This document shows, in pieces, positions 51,438-61,900 of a stretch of DNA of 64,000 bases (positions are counted from its first letter, which is position 1; the number at the start of each line of letters is the position of its first letter). This DNA is from Candidatus Geohabitans tengchongensis (GTDB taxonomy: Bacteria > Sysuimicrobiota > Sysuimicrobiia > Sysuimicrobiales > Humicultoraceae): the NCBI GenBank assembly GCA_031459625.1, contig JAVKIH010000003.1, forward strand, positions 65,199 to 129,198, read 5' to 3'. The translations under genes were made by a program, and so were the position numbers. A model generated the notes under the pieces. The model was not told where the DNA came from and did not search any database. It saw only the letters and a program-made list of their open reading frames with translations.

Positions 51438-52661
51438 ATGTCTGCGGGCCCCGACCACGTGCGTCTCCTGCTGAGCCGCCTGGTGCTCTTCGGCCTGGTC
51501 GGCACGAGCGGGGTGCTGGTCAACGTGGCGATCTTCTCGACGCTCACGGCGCTGGGGGTCGGCTACCTGCCGGCGGGCGTGGCCGCCGCCGTCGGGGCGA
51601 TGGCGTGGAACTTCCTGGGGAACGACGCGGTCACCTTCGACGACGGGGGGCGCCACCTCTGCCGCCGGCACCGGGCGGCGCGCTTCGGCCTCGTCTACGG
51701 CCTGGGCCTGCTGGTGGCCGCCTCGCGGCCTGGCCGCCCGTGGCGCGAGGCCCACCTCCAGGGAGGGCTCGTCTGGGACCCCCTGCGTGCCGCCTCGGGA
51801 CGTGGGGTGTTGGCTCGGATGACCGGGCTCTACGACGTAGAGATCCCCGACAGCACCGAGCTCTCACTGGTGAACCTGGAGTTCCGGAACCGCAACCCGC
51901 GGCACGCCTCAGGCTCGCTCTTCTACGGGATCCGGATCATCACCGAAGCGGACGGGATCGACGGGGCTGCGGGGATCGCCGTCGGGAACCGCGGCCGGGG
52001 CGACTACATCTACCTGGACGTCGCCGGGAAGGCCGGTCCCGCCCCGCGCAACAGTCCCACCGGTATTGGCATCGACCTCAACCGCCAGGGGATGGGGGAG
52101 AATTCCTCCACCCACAGCGGGTACGGCATCCAGATCTGGGACTGGAGTTTGACGGACGGCGGGGCGAACGGACCGACGGCGTTGCGGCTGCGCAAGCACC
52201 GCAATGCCAACACCGGTCATCTCCTCCTGTCGTTGGAGGGCAACCGGCACCTGATCCGGCTCTCCACCCCGGAAGGGCCCCAGTTTGACCCCGCCGCTCC
52301 CGTCGTGGAGCTCCGGGGGGCCAACGGCGCCTCCCGATGGACGGTCCACGCCGGTGGCCAGCAGACCTTCGGCCCGGAGGTCAGCCTGATCTTCACGCTC
52401 CCCGGTGGCCCCCCGGCCTCCATGCGGGCGGCTGACGGCTACCTGGAGGTGCGGGGCGGGGCGAGCGGCGTGCGTGTCGTGTCAGGCGCCGGGGGGCCAA
52501 ACAGCGTACTCGTCCAGTTCAGCGACGGGGACCTCGCCGCCGACGAAACCGTGTTGCTGGTGCGGAGCCGCACCGGTGGCACCGTCACGGTCAAGCGGGT
52601 CACGCTCGGCCCTCCGGACAGCTGCGGACAGGGGTATCGCTGTCTTCGCGTCACAAATTGA
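51438..52661 (+). CDS. Chimeric ORF: truncated GtrA-like N-terminus fused to an unrelated beta-rich domain
   Basis: FGLVGTSGVLVN...WNFLGNDAVTF GtrA pattern, then Gly-rich beta-strand region. Confidence 0.55.
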   Translation: MSAGPDHVRLLLSRLVLFGLVGTSGVLVNVAIFSTLTALGVGYLPAGVAAAVGAMAWNFLGNDAVTFDDGGRHLCRRHRAARFGLVYGLGLLVAASRPGRPWREAHLQGGLVWDPLRAASGRGVLARMTGLYDVEIPDSTELSLVNLEFRNRNPRHASGSLFYGIRIITEADGIDGAAGIAVGNRGRGDYIYLDVAGKAGPAPRNSPTGIGIDLNRQGMGENSSTHSGYGIQIWDWSLTDGGANGPTALRLRKHRNANTGHLLLSLEGNRHLIRLSTPEGPQFDPAAPVVELRGANGASRWTVHAGGQQTFGPEVSLIFTLPGGPPASMRAADGYLEVRGGASGVRVVSGAGGPNSVLVQFSDGDLAADETVLLVRSRTGGTVTVKRVTLGPPDSCGQGYRCLRVTN

Positions 52662-52873
52662 CCGCGGGCACACCGTCCGCGTACCTGCGCGTGCATGCGG
52701 GCCGGAGCCACGGTGGCGGCGATTCCTCTTGACGCCTGGTTCCCCCACCAGTTATCGGGGTATCCTGCCGATTCCCTCTTTTGTAGACCCTTGCAGGCCC
52801 CTTGCGACGCCTTACCCACCCGGCACGTGGTGGAGAGCTCCCTGCCACTGGAGACCCCTCCGCGCCGGATCTC

Positions 52874-52898
52874 TCACAACGAAATATCTTCGTTGTGA
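52874..52898. promoter_or_regulatory. Palindromic operator upstream of the ArsR-family gene
   Basis: tcacaacgaa-atatc-ttcgttgtga, perfect 10-bp arms. Confidence 0.65.
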
Positions 52899-52910
52899 AG
52901 GGACCCCGTA

Positions 52911-54002
52911 ATGTTTGGGGAGGCGGCCGATGTCTGGGGTGTGAAGTGGACAACTGTCCCGTGCAGACCGCCACAACGGTGGGATAAGCGTCGCTGGGCC
53001 CGACCGTTAGGTCATGTCACCCGGCTGCGGATCCTCCTGCGACTCCATCGAAGGTCACACGCGGTGACGGCCCTGGCCGTCGCCCTTGGCCTGGAGCAAC
53101 CGCGAATCTCCCACCACCTCAAGATTCTGCGCCGCGCCGGACTCGTCACCGGGACGCGGCAGGGTCGGCTACGGGTCTACGCCCTCGTTCCGCATCGGGC
53201 ACCGGACCGGCACGTCCTGCTGGAGGCCCTCCTTAACTCCTACCGCTCGCGTGTGGGACGCCTGCGGGCCAGCCGGGCGGCGCGGCCGCCAGGTGCGGCC
53301 GTGCCCGACCTCCGGCACGCCCGCACCTGCTTCGATCACCTGGGAGGACTCGCCGGAGTCGCGCTCCTGGCGGAGCTGGTCCACCGGGGATGGCTGGTCG
53401 AGCGTTCCGCCAGTCCAGCAGCCAGCGGGCCCGGGCCCATCCCTCCTGCATATGCGCTGACGACCCGAGGCATCACCCGGCTGCGCCGCCTGGGTGTGCA
53501 CGTGCTGCGCGCCACCGTCGCTCTGCGGCGCTCCGTCGTCTATATCTGTCCGGATTGGGGAGCGGACCGCCCGCATCTTGGAGGGACGCTGGGGGCGGAG
53601 ATCCTCATCGCCCTCTTGCAGGCAGGGGTCGTGCGCCGGGTGGCTACTGCGCGCGGTCTGGTCCTCCGCCGCTCCATCGCCGCCTGGCTCGATGAGGGGG
53701 AGCGCCCGCCCCGGCGACCGCCCTCGGCGCGCAGACCCCGGCAGCGGCCGCCGATGCCTGGGCACCGGAGCCCTCAGCCCTGGAGAGCACCGTTACGCCG
53801 AGAGCGGCGCGGCAGCTTTCCTAGCCGTTCCCCTATGGGGATGGCTACAGCGCGGCCGCTGGCGGGTAGCCGACGATGGCCAGGGCCTCCCGCAGGCGCT
53901 CCTCGGAGACCTGCGCGGGGTCGAACACGACGTCGACTTCCCGGCTCTCCGCCCGCCCTTCCACGCGGGTCACGCCCGGGAGGCGCTGCAGAGTCGCTGT
54001 GA
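52911..54002 (+). CDS. ArsR family regulator with C-terminal RTCxDHL domain (both ends uncertain)
   Basis: ISHHLKILRRAGLV HTH; ARTCFDHLGG and CPDW...PHLGG motifs. Confidence 0.75.
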   Translation: MFGEAADVWGVKWTTVPCRPPQRWDKRRWARPLGHVTRLRILLRLHRRSHAVTALAVALGLEQPRISHHLKILRRAGLVTGTRQGRLRVYALVPHRAPDRHVLLEALLNSYRSRVGRLRASRAARPPGAAVPDLRHARTCFDHLGGLAGVALLAELVHRGWLVERSASPAASGPGPIPPAYALTTRGITRLRRLGVHVLRATVALRRSVVYICPDWGADRPHLGGTLGAEILIALLQAGVVRRVATARGLVLRRSIAAWLDEGERPPRRPPSARRPRQRPPMPGHRSPQPWRAPLRRERRGSFPSRSPMGMATARPLAGSRRWPGPPAGAPRRPARGRTRRRLPGSPPALPRGSRPGGAAESL

Positions 54003-54057
54003 CCGTCGCCACGCACCCCTCACAGTGGATCCGAGGGATCTTGAACGTCCGCTTCAT
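53845..54057 (-). CDS. copZ: Copper chaperone (HMA domain)
   Basis: HCEGC motif, C-terminal GY, GGAGGGAGG RBS, start overlaps the copA stop. Confidence 0.88.
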   Translation of the reverse strand: MKRTFKIPRIHCEGCVATVTATLQRLPGVTRVEGRAESREVDVVFDPAQVSEERLREALAIVGYPPAAAL

Positions 54058-56774
54058 GAATCCTCCCTCCTTTCGGCTCTCCAGTGCGACTGCACGTCTC
54101 TCCCGTTACTCCGGTGGCTCCCCCTCCGCTGGCTCTCTCCACGTGGGCCTGGCTGCCGTGTGGCACCACCCCGCGCGCCCCCCGGCAGGGGCAAGGAGGG
54201 GGACGGGAGCGGGGCCGGCCGCCACCGCCGCAGCCGCAGGCTGTTGGTCACCACGGTGACGGAGCTCGATGCCATCGCCAGGGCCGCCAGGGCGGGGTTG
54301 AGCTGCCATCCCGTGAGCGGGAAGAGTGCGCCCGCGGCCACCGGGATGAGGGCGACGTTGTAGACGAACGCCCAGAACAGGTTCTGCCGGATGGTCCGCA
54401 CCGTCGCGCGCCCGAGGTCCAAGGCGGTGAGCACCCCGCGCAGGTCGCTGCCGACCAGGACCACCTCGGCCGCCTCGATGGCCACGTCGGTGCCCGCGCC
54501 GATGGCGATGCCTACGTCGGCCTGGGCGAGCGCGGGGGCGTCGTTGATGCCGTCGCCCACCATGGCCACGCGCCGTCCCTCCGCCTGGAGCCGCCGCACC
54601 TCCGCAGCTTTGTCGGCCGGCCGCACCTCAGCCAGGATGCGGGCGATGCCGACGCGACGGGCCATGGCCTCGGCGACCTGGCGCAGATCGCCGGTGAGCA
54701 GCACCACCTCGAGCCCGCGGCGGCGCAGTGCCGTGACGACCGCGGCGGCTTCGGGCTTGGGCGTATCGGCGACCGCCAGCAGGCCAAGGAGGCGGCCGTC
54801 GGCGGCCACGTACACGGGCGTCTTGCCCTCGTCGGCGAGGCGCTCGGCCCAGGCCGCCACGGGCGCCGGTCTCAGGGGGAGACCCTCGCGCTCGAGCAGG
54901 GCGCGGGTGCCGGCCACGATGCGGCGGCCCTCGACCAGGGCGCGGAGGCCGGCACCGGGCACCGCCTCGAAGTCGTCGGGCTCCGGGACGGCGAGGCCCT
55001 CCTCTCGGGCGCGAGCGACGATGGCCTCGGCCAGCGGGTGCTCGGAGACCCGCTCGGCCACCGCGGCCAGGCGCAGGAGCTCCCGGAGGTCGACGCCGTC
55101 CACCGGGAGGACGTCCGTCACGACCGGAGTCCCGCGCGTGACCGTCCCCGTCTTGTCGAGGACCACGGTGTCCACCAGGCGCAGGCGCTCCAGGGCCTCC
55201 GCCGTGCGGATGAGCACACCCGCCTCCGCCGCGCGGCCGATCCCCACCATGAGGGCGGTCGGTGTGGCCAGGCCCATGGCGCACGGGCAGGCCACGATGA
55301 GGACGGCCACGACGGCCAGCAGCGCGTGCGTGATCGCCGGCGGCGGGCCGGCGGCCAGCCAGGCCACGCTGGCCAGCAGGGCCACCACGAGGACGGCCGG
55401 GACGAAGACGGCCGCCACCCGGTCGACCAGGGCCTGGATGGGAGCCTTGCTCCCCTGCGCCGCTTCCACGAGCCGGATGATCTGGGCGAGCGCGGTCTCG
55501 GCGCCCACCTTCGTGGCCCGGAAGCGAAACGCGCCGGTGCGGTTGACCGTCCCGCCGATCACCTCGTCCCCCGGCCCCTTCTCCACGGGGAGGGATTCGC
55601 CGGTCAACATCGACTCGTCGACGGCGGAGCGGCCCTCCAGGACCACGCCGTCGACGGGGATGCGCTCGCCCGGGCGGACGACCACCACGTCGCCCACCTG
55701 CACCTCGTCGGCGGGGACCTCCCGCTCCTCCCCATCCCGCAGGACCCGGGCCGTGCGGGGGCGCAGGTCCATGAGGCGTCGGATCGCCTCGGAGGTGCGG
55801 CCCCGGGCGAGGGCCTCCAGGTACCGGCCCAGTAGGATGAAGACGATGATGACCGCCGCTGTCTCGTAGTAGACCGCGGGCGGGATCCCGGCCGCGGTGA
55901 AGACACCGGGGGCCAGGGTGGCGGCCAGGCTGTAGCCGTAGGCGGCCGAGGTGCCCAGGGCGATGAGGGTGTTCATGTCCGCGCGGCGGTGGCGCGCCGC
56001 GGCCCAGGCGCCGCGGTAGAACCGCCAGCCGGCCCAGAACTGGATGGGCGCCGCCAGCAGGGCTTGCACCCGCCAGTCGGTCAGTAGCGGAGGGACCCAG
56101 ATGGCGAGCCCCATGTGGTGGGCGCTGCCCCAGAGCACGGGGATGGCCAGCACCGCCGCCACGACTAGCCGCCGGCGCAGGTCCCGGAGCTCGCGACGGC
56201 GACGGCGGGCCTCGCGGTCGGCGTCGCGCGGCGCCTCGACCGGGGCGCGTAGCCGCGCCTCGACCGGGGCGGCGAGCGGCGGCGCCTCCGGCTCGTAGCC
56301 CGCCGCGCGGATCGCCCGACGGAGGTCATCGGCCGTGACCACGCCGGAGATGCAGGTGACGACGACCTCCTCGCTGGCCAGATTCACGGCGACGTCGCGC
56401 ACGCCCTGGACCGCGCGCAGGGCCCGCTCGAGTGGCTCGCCCGAGGCCGCCAGCGCCAGGTCGCGCACCGGGAGGACGACACGCTCGACCGGCACCTGGT
56501 AGCCGGTCCGCTCCACGGCGCGGATGAGGTCCTCCAGCCCGGCCTGCGCGGGGTCGAAGAGCACGGCGGCCCGCTCGGCGGCCAGGTTGACGGCGGCATC
56601 GACCACCCCGGGGACCTGGCGCAACCCGCCCTCGACCGCCGCCACGCAGGAGGCGCAGCTCATCCCCTCGACCGGCAGCTCGATCCGCCGGCGGCCGGCG
56701 GGAGCGCCACCGTCCGGTCGGGGGCCGCTCGCAGGCGGCGCCGTGGGGGTGTGGGCTGGCGGTGGCGTCGTCAT
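54054..56774 (-). CDS. copA: Copper-exporting P1B-1 ATPase
   Basis: GMSCASC, TGES, CPC, DKTGT, SEHP, GDGIND, YN and MASSS motifs. Confidence 0.96.
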   Translation of the reverse strand: MTTPPPAHTPTAPPASGPRPDGGAPAGRRRIELPVEGMSCASCVAAVEGGLRQVPGVVDAAVNLAAERAAVLFDPAQAGLEDLIRAVERTGYQVPVERVVLPVRDLALAASGEPLERALRAVQGVRDVAVNLASEEVVVTCISGVVTADDLRRAIRAAGYEPEAPPLAAPVEARLRAPVEAPRDADREARRRRRELRDLRRRLVVAAVLAIPVLWGSAHHMGLAIWVPPLLTDWRVQALLAAPIQFWAGWRFYRGAWAAARHRRADMNTLIALGTSAAYGYSLAATLAPGVFTAAGIPPAVYYETAAVIIVFILLGRYLEALARGRTSEAIRRLMDLRPRTARVLRDGEEREVPADEVQVGDVVVVRPGERIPVDGVVLEGRSAVDESMLTGESLPVEKGPGDEVIGGTVNRTGAFRFRATKVGAETALAQIIRLVEAAQGSKAPIQALVDRVAAVFVPAVLVVALLASVAWLAAGPPPAITHALLAVVAVLIVACPCAMGLATPTALMVGIGRAAEAGVLIRTAEALERLRLVDTVVLDKTGTVTRGTPVVTDVLPVDGVDLRELLRLAAVAERVSEHPLAEAIVARAREEGLAVPEPDDFEAVPGAGLRALVEGRRIVAGTRALLEREGLPLRPAPVAAWAERLADEGKTPVYVAADGRLLGLLAVADTPKPEAAAVVTALRRRGLEVVLLTGDLRQVAEAMARRVGIARILAEVRPADKAAEVRRLQAEGRRVAMVGDGINDAPALAQADVGIAIGAGTDVAIEAAEVVLVGSDLRGVLTALDLGRATVRTIRQNLFWAFVYNVALIPVAAGALFPLTGWQLNPALAALAMASSSVTVVTNSLRLRRWRPAPLPSPSLPLPGGARGGATRQPGPRGESQRRGSHRSNGRDVQSHWRAERREDS

Positions 56775-56782
56775 CCCCGGAC

Positions 56783-57094
56783 CTACCGCCTGCCGCTGTA
56801 GGCGAAGACGTCCATGATCTCCTGGATGGTCCGCCGCCGCTCGGCGGGATCGCTCGACTGCATCGCCCGGCTGGCGCAGGTCTGCAGGTGGTCTTCCAGG
56901 AGCAGCGCGTTCACGCGGTCGAGCGCCCGCTGGACGGCGAGGGTCTGCCGCACGATATCGATGCAGTAGGCGCCCTCTTCGACCATGCGCTCGATCCCCC
57001 GCAGGTGGCCGACGATGCTGCGCAGGCGGACGAGGGCCTGCCGCCGCTGCTCGGGAGAGCCGTGCCCGCTGGATGGCGCGCGCGTCTCGGTCAT
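56783..57094 (-). CDS. csoR: Copper-sensing repressor CsoR
   Basis: [14 protein letters not shown]...HLQTC (C-H-C ligands); GAGGAGG RBS. Confidence 0.92.
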   Translation of the reverse strand: MTETRAPSSGHGSPEQRRQALVRLRSIVGHLRGIERMVEEGAYCIDIVRQTLAVQRALDRVNALLLEDHLQTCASRAMQSSDPAERRRTIQEIMDVFAYSGRR

Positions 57095-57109
57095 CGCGTC
57101 CTCCTCGCC

Positions 57110-57132
57110 TATCCCTCCCCCCGGGGGAGGGG
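57110..57132. promoter_or_regulatory. Probable CsoR operator (C-tract/G-tract palindrome)
   Basis: ccctccccccgggggaggg directly upstream of the csoR RBS. Confidence 0.55.
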
Positions 57133-57260
57133 CTCCTCCCCATCTTCCCCCTCCGGGGAGGTCTCGTCAACGGCGCTCTGGGGCACATCGGGGGTGAAGG
57201 AGTTCGTCGAGCCGCCCCGAAGGAACACAACGGCTCGACGTCAAGCAAATAGCACGGGCA

Positions 57261-57340
57261 CCCGCGAAATGGCACCCCGCCTGCGAGGGCGGTCCGCAAA
57301 GCCACGGGACTGGTGACAGTCAGCCGGGCTGCCGAACGGG
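57261..57340 (+). ncRNA. c-di-GMP-I (GEMM-I) riboswitch
   Basis: CGAAAT-GGCA-ccgcct-GCGA-gggcgg-CGCAAAGCC-ACGG-gact..agtc-AGCCG-GGCTGCCGA; P1 cccg/cggg. Confidence 0.85.
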
Positions 57341-57349
57341 AAGGCGCCG

Positions 57350-57381
57350 ACGCCTTCTCCGCGGGAAGGCGTTTTTGCTTT
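57350..57381 (+). terminator. Intrinsic terminator of the riboswitch
   Basis: acgccttct-ccgc-gggaaggcgt then ttttgcttt. Confidence 0.85.
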
Positions 57382-57438
57382 CCCCGCTTTCCCGCGGAGG
57401 CGAGGCTGCGGCGGGCCGGGTGCTCCGGGAGCCCGACG

Positions 57439-57702
57439 ATGCAGGGGCTCTTGTCGACATGGGAGTTCTGGGCGGGCGTCCTCCTCGCCGGGCTGGCGAG
57501 CCTGGGGACCCTGCTGCGGTGGACACTGTTGGGCGACGGTCGCACTCCGACTCCAACACGGCTCTCCTCGATCCAGTCCCCCCCTCACTTCCGGCAACCG
57601 CCACTGGCTCACGCGCATCCTGACGCGGCCGTCGCCCGACTCTTCTCCGACCCGCTTCCCGAGGCAGTCCCTCCCACCGACTCCACCGTCGCCTCCCCCT
57701 GA
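57439..57702 (+). CDS. Small putative membrane protein (87 aa)
   Basis: First ATG ORF after the riboswitch; one hydrophobic helix then Pro-rich tail; weak RBS. Confidence 0.45.
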   Translation: MQGLLSTWEFWAGVLLAGLASLGTLLRWTLLGDGRTPTPTRLSSIQSPPHFRQPPLAHAHPDAAVARLFSDPLPEAVPPTDSTVASP

Positions 57703-57899
57703 CCGGCTCACCTCCGCCGGCCGATCGGTCCGGCCCCGGCCTCCCCGGACGCGCCCACGGCGGGACCGTCGCTACGAGGTTGAAGCAGGCGTCCCGGCCC
57801 CGACGACACGGGGGCGCGACACCCTGGGTAAGAGAGAGGCGAACCCCGCGGGGGGAGGCGCGGGACGGGGAGGCGTCCCGGTCCCGAGGTGATGGTGAG

Positions 57900-58844
57900 G
57901 TGTCGACATCCTTCCAGTTCCTGCGCCCCGACGTCCTGTGGGGTCTGCTGGTCGTTCCGGCCCTGCTCGCCCTGGCGGTGTGGCGGAGCCGCCACCCTGC
58001 AGCGACCATCCGGTTCCCGGGGACGGCAGCGGTCGGGGTGGCCGTCCGCCACGCCCACCCGTGGCGCCGTCACCTGCCCCTGGCCGCCTTCAGCCTGACG
58101 CTGGTCGCCCTGCTACTGGGTCTCGCCCGGCCGACCGTCGCCGTGCCGGTCCGCAGCCCACGCCTGAACGTGGTCCTCGTCCTGGACGTCAGCAGCAGCA
58201 TGGACGCCACCGACCTGGCCCCCTCGCACCTGGACGCGGCCAGGGCGGCCGCCCACGCCTTCCTGCAGGCTGTGCACCCGCGCGTCCGCGTGGGGCTCGT
58301 GGCCTTCAGCACCACCGCCGCGCCCGTGGTGCCGTTGACCCGCGACCGGGGGCGCCTGCGCTCGGCCGTGAACCGGCTGGCCACAGAGAGCGAGACGGCG
58401 ATGGGAGAGGGCGTGCTCGAGGCGTTGCGCCTGCTGCTCGGGGGAGCGGATCCCCTGGCCGCCCCGCCTCGGCCTGCCGAGCCGGGGCGGCGGGTCATCA
58501 TCCTCATCTCCGATGGGCTCAACAATGCCGGGCGCGACCCCCTGGTGGCCGCCGACGCCGCCAGGCGGCACGGCGTGACAGTCCACACGGTCGGGGTGGG
58601 GACCAAGCGTGGCCCGGGGGGCGTGGACGAGGAGACGCTCCACGCCGTGGCCGAGCTCAGCGGCGGGACCTACCACCACGCCCCGACCGGCCGGCGGCTC
58701 TTCGAGCTCTACGAGCGGCTGGGACGTCGCCTGGGATGGGAGCGGCAGGTCGAGGAAGTCAGCGCGGTGCTGGCCGGTCTCGCCGCAGCGCTCCTCGTCG
58801 CCGCGGTGGCCGTCTCCCGGGTGCTGGCTCCGCTGGAGGTCTGA
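57900..58844 (+). CDS. VWA domain membrane protein (BatA-like N-terminus)
   Basis: FLRP..LW, LARP, MIDAS DVSSSM, LISDG, C-terminal TM. Confidence 0.9.
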   Translation: MSTSFQFLRPDVLWGLLVVPALLALAVWRSRHPAATIRFPGTAAVGVAVRHAHPWRRHLPLAAFSLTLVALLLGLARPTVAVPVRSPRLNVVLVLDVSSSMDATDLAPSHLDAARAAAHAFLQAVHPRVRVGLVAFSTTAAPVVPLTRDRGRLRSAVNRLATESETAMGEGVLEALRLLLGGADPLAAPPRPAEPGRRVIILISDGLNNAGRDPLVAADAARRHGVTVHTVGVGTKRGPGGVDEETLHAVAELSGGTYHHAPTGRRLFELYERLGRRLGWERQVEEVSAVLAGLAAALLVAAVAVSRVLAPLEV

Positions 58845-58951
58845 GCGTCCTTCCACGGGAGAGCTATGGGAACGCCCGGCGAGCCCTCCCGGCCGTACTG
58901 TCTTCAGACTTTTCAGAGGTCTAGCCCGTCTAGAGTTTTCTCCCTCCGGGC

Positions 58952-61900
58952 ATGCTCCCGTGGATGATCCTCCAGAAGCCCTTTTCGTCTCTGCGGAGCT
59001 GGATTGCCGCAGTCACCGCCCTGGCGTTCCTCCCGGGGACCGCCCTGTTCCTCCTCGCGACAGCCGACCAGCAACGCCAGCTGATCCGTCACGCCCACCG
59101 GGAGGTCCAGGTCCTCACCGAGCATGCCGCCGGGGAAGTCCTCAACGTCCTCTATGCCACGCGGCAGCTCCTGGTCGACCTGGCTGCGGAGCTACAGACG
59201 ATCAGGGCGCCTGCCGGCGAGTGCTCCACCCTGCTCGCCCGGCGCCTGGCCGCTTCCGCCGTCTACGTGAACCTGGGCGTGACCGCGCTCGACGGGCCCG
59301 TCCGCTGTCTTGCGCGTTCCGGTGACGGACGCGCCCCGGTGGATGCGGAGGCCATTCGCCGTGCCGTCGCACACCACGGCCTGGCCGTCGGACGCTATCA
59401 GGCGCCCCAGGCCGGGCGCCCCCCGGTCATCACGGTCGCCTACCCGCTCCCGGGCGGCTCCTCCCAGGTGGGCAGGCGGACCGCCCCGGCTGCGGTCTTC
59501 GCCCTCGTCGACCTGTGGTGGCTGAACGAGGTGGCGGCCGGGGTCCCCTTGCCGCCCGGAAGCGTCCTCACGCTCCTGGACCGCCAGCACACCGTGCTGG
59601 CGCGGTCACAGGAGCCGGGGGCCTGGATGGGCCGTCGGGCCCCCGACCCCGGCGTCCTGCAGGCGGTCGCGCAGGGACGACCCCAGGTCACCGTCCAGGG
59701 CGAGGACCAGGGCGGCCGGAGCGTCTTCGTGGGTCATCGCGCCCTGCGTGGTCCGACCGGCGACACCGAACTTGTCGTGGCGGTCACGGTTCCGCGCGAC
59801 GCTCTGCTGGCGGAACTGCGCAGCCACCTGGTGCGCTCCGCCTTCGGGCTGCTGGCGGCCGCCCTCCTGACCCTGACCGCGGCGTGGCGGACGGCCCGCC
59901 GGGTGCTCGTCGTGCCGGTGGAGCGCATCGCCGGGGTGACGCGGCGCCTGACCACGGGTGACCTGGACGCCCGCACCGGCGGCGTGGCGGGGCCACGTGA
60001 GCTCACGGTGCTCGCTCAGGCCGTCGACGAGATGGCTCGCGCGCTGCAGCGCCGGGCCGACGAAGCCGAGCAGGCCGCGGAGGCGGCCCACGCCGCGGCG
60101 GAGCAAGCTCAGGCGCTGGCCCACACGGCCCAGCGCCTCAACGCCCAGCTGGACCTGCCCACCGTCCTGCGCGCTGTCGTCGAGGAGACCGCGCGGGCGC
60201 TTCGGGCGCCCGCGGCCAGCATCGCGCTCTACGACGAGGCCACTGACCGCATCGCCATCGCCGCCACGTACGGGCTCCCCCACGACTACGCCGCCCGGGC
60301 CGCGCCCCAACCGCGCGCCGTCCTCGACCGGCTGGTGGCGGAGAGCCACCAGGACCTGCTCCTTGTTCCCGAGGCCCTGGACCGCCAGGACCTGCCCAAC
60401 ACGGCGCTGCACCGCGAAGCGGGCGTGCGCACCATCGTGGGGGCACCCCTGCGCCGCGACGGCCACCTGGTCGGCCTGCTCACCGTCTACGCGCTCGGCA
60501 TGCCGCGGCGCTTCCACCTCGAGGAGCTGGCCCTGCTGCGGGCGCTGGGTGATCTGGCGGTGCAGGCGATCGCCAACGCCACCCTCTACACCGACCACGT
60601 ACGACAGCTCGAGACCCTCAGCGCCCTCTACGCCAGCGCGCAGAAGCTCGGGATCAGCCTCGACCTCCAGGAGGTGGCGCGCAGCATCACCCGCACCTGC
60701 GTGGAGGTCTTCGGCGTGCGCCTGGCCTGGATCGGCCGCGCCGAGCCGGACGGGAGCGTCAGGCTCGTCACCTCCTATCCGATCAGCAACGACTACCCCA
60801 CGCGCCTGCGGATCCGCTGGGACGAGTCCCCGGAGGGCCGGGGGCCGACCGGCCAGGCCCTGCGTACGGGCTTCCCGCAGGTGTTCAACGACGTGGCCCG
60901 GGAGCCGCCGGAGCGGGCCTGGCGGGACCGGGTGCTGGCGCAGGGGTTTCGGGCGGCCGCGGCCTTCCCGCTGCTCAGCCGGGAGCGACCGTTCGGCGTC
61001 CTGCTCCTCTACAGCGACCAGGCGGGGTTCTTCACCGATGAGCGGGTGGGCCTCTTCCAGGCCCTGGCCCACCAGGCCGGCGCGGCGCTCGAGAACGCCC
61101 GCCTCTTCGCCCAGGCGGAGCAGCGCCTGCAACACCTCCAGGCCCTCCACGCGGTGGGCCTGGCCATCGGCAGCAGCGTCGACCTGGACGTCACCCTGGA
61201 CGTCGTGCTCTCACAGGCCGTGGCGCAGCTGCGCGTGGACGCCGCCGCCATCCTCCTCTACCACCCCGAACGGCAGGTGCTGGAGTACGCCGCGAGGCGG
61301 GGGCTCCGGCCGGACCACCTCGTGGCCCCCATCGGGCTCGGGGAAGGGCTGGTGGGCACCGTGGCCGCCAACCACCGGGCGGTCTTCGTCGACGACCTCG
61401 GCCACCCCGACGCGCCGGTGCACCCCATCGCCGCCGTGGAGGGGCTGGTCGGGTATGCGGCGGTGCCGCTCGTGGCCAAGGGGGTGGTGCAGGGCGTGCT
61501 CGAGGTCTTCCGGCGCACGCCGCTCGTCACCGACGAAGAGTGGCGGGCCCTGCTGCAGGCTCTCGGAGACCAGGCCGCCATCGCCATCGACAACGCTCGG
61601 CTCTTCGACGCGCTGCAGCGGTCGCACCGCGACCTCCAGGAGGCATACGAGGCCACGCTGGAAGGCTGGGTCCAGGCCCTGGACCTTCGCGACCAGGAGA
61701 CCCACGGGCACACCCAGCGGGTCACGGAGATGACGGTGCGCCTGGCCCGGGCCATGGGGATCGACGAGCCGCAGCTGGTCCACATCCGGCGCGGCGCGCT
61801 CCTCCACGACATCGGGAAGATCGGCATCCCCGACACCATCCTGCGCAAGCCGGGCCCGCTGACCGAGGAGGAGTGGGCGGTGGTGCGCCGCCACCCCCTC

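Noticed and set aside
52690..52870. Structured RNA in the lower-GC intergenic region before arsR
   Set aside because: No riboswitch consensus or convincing stem set recognised.
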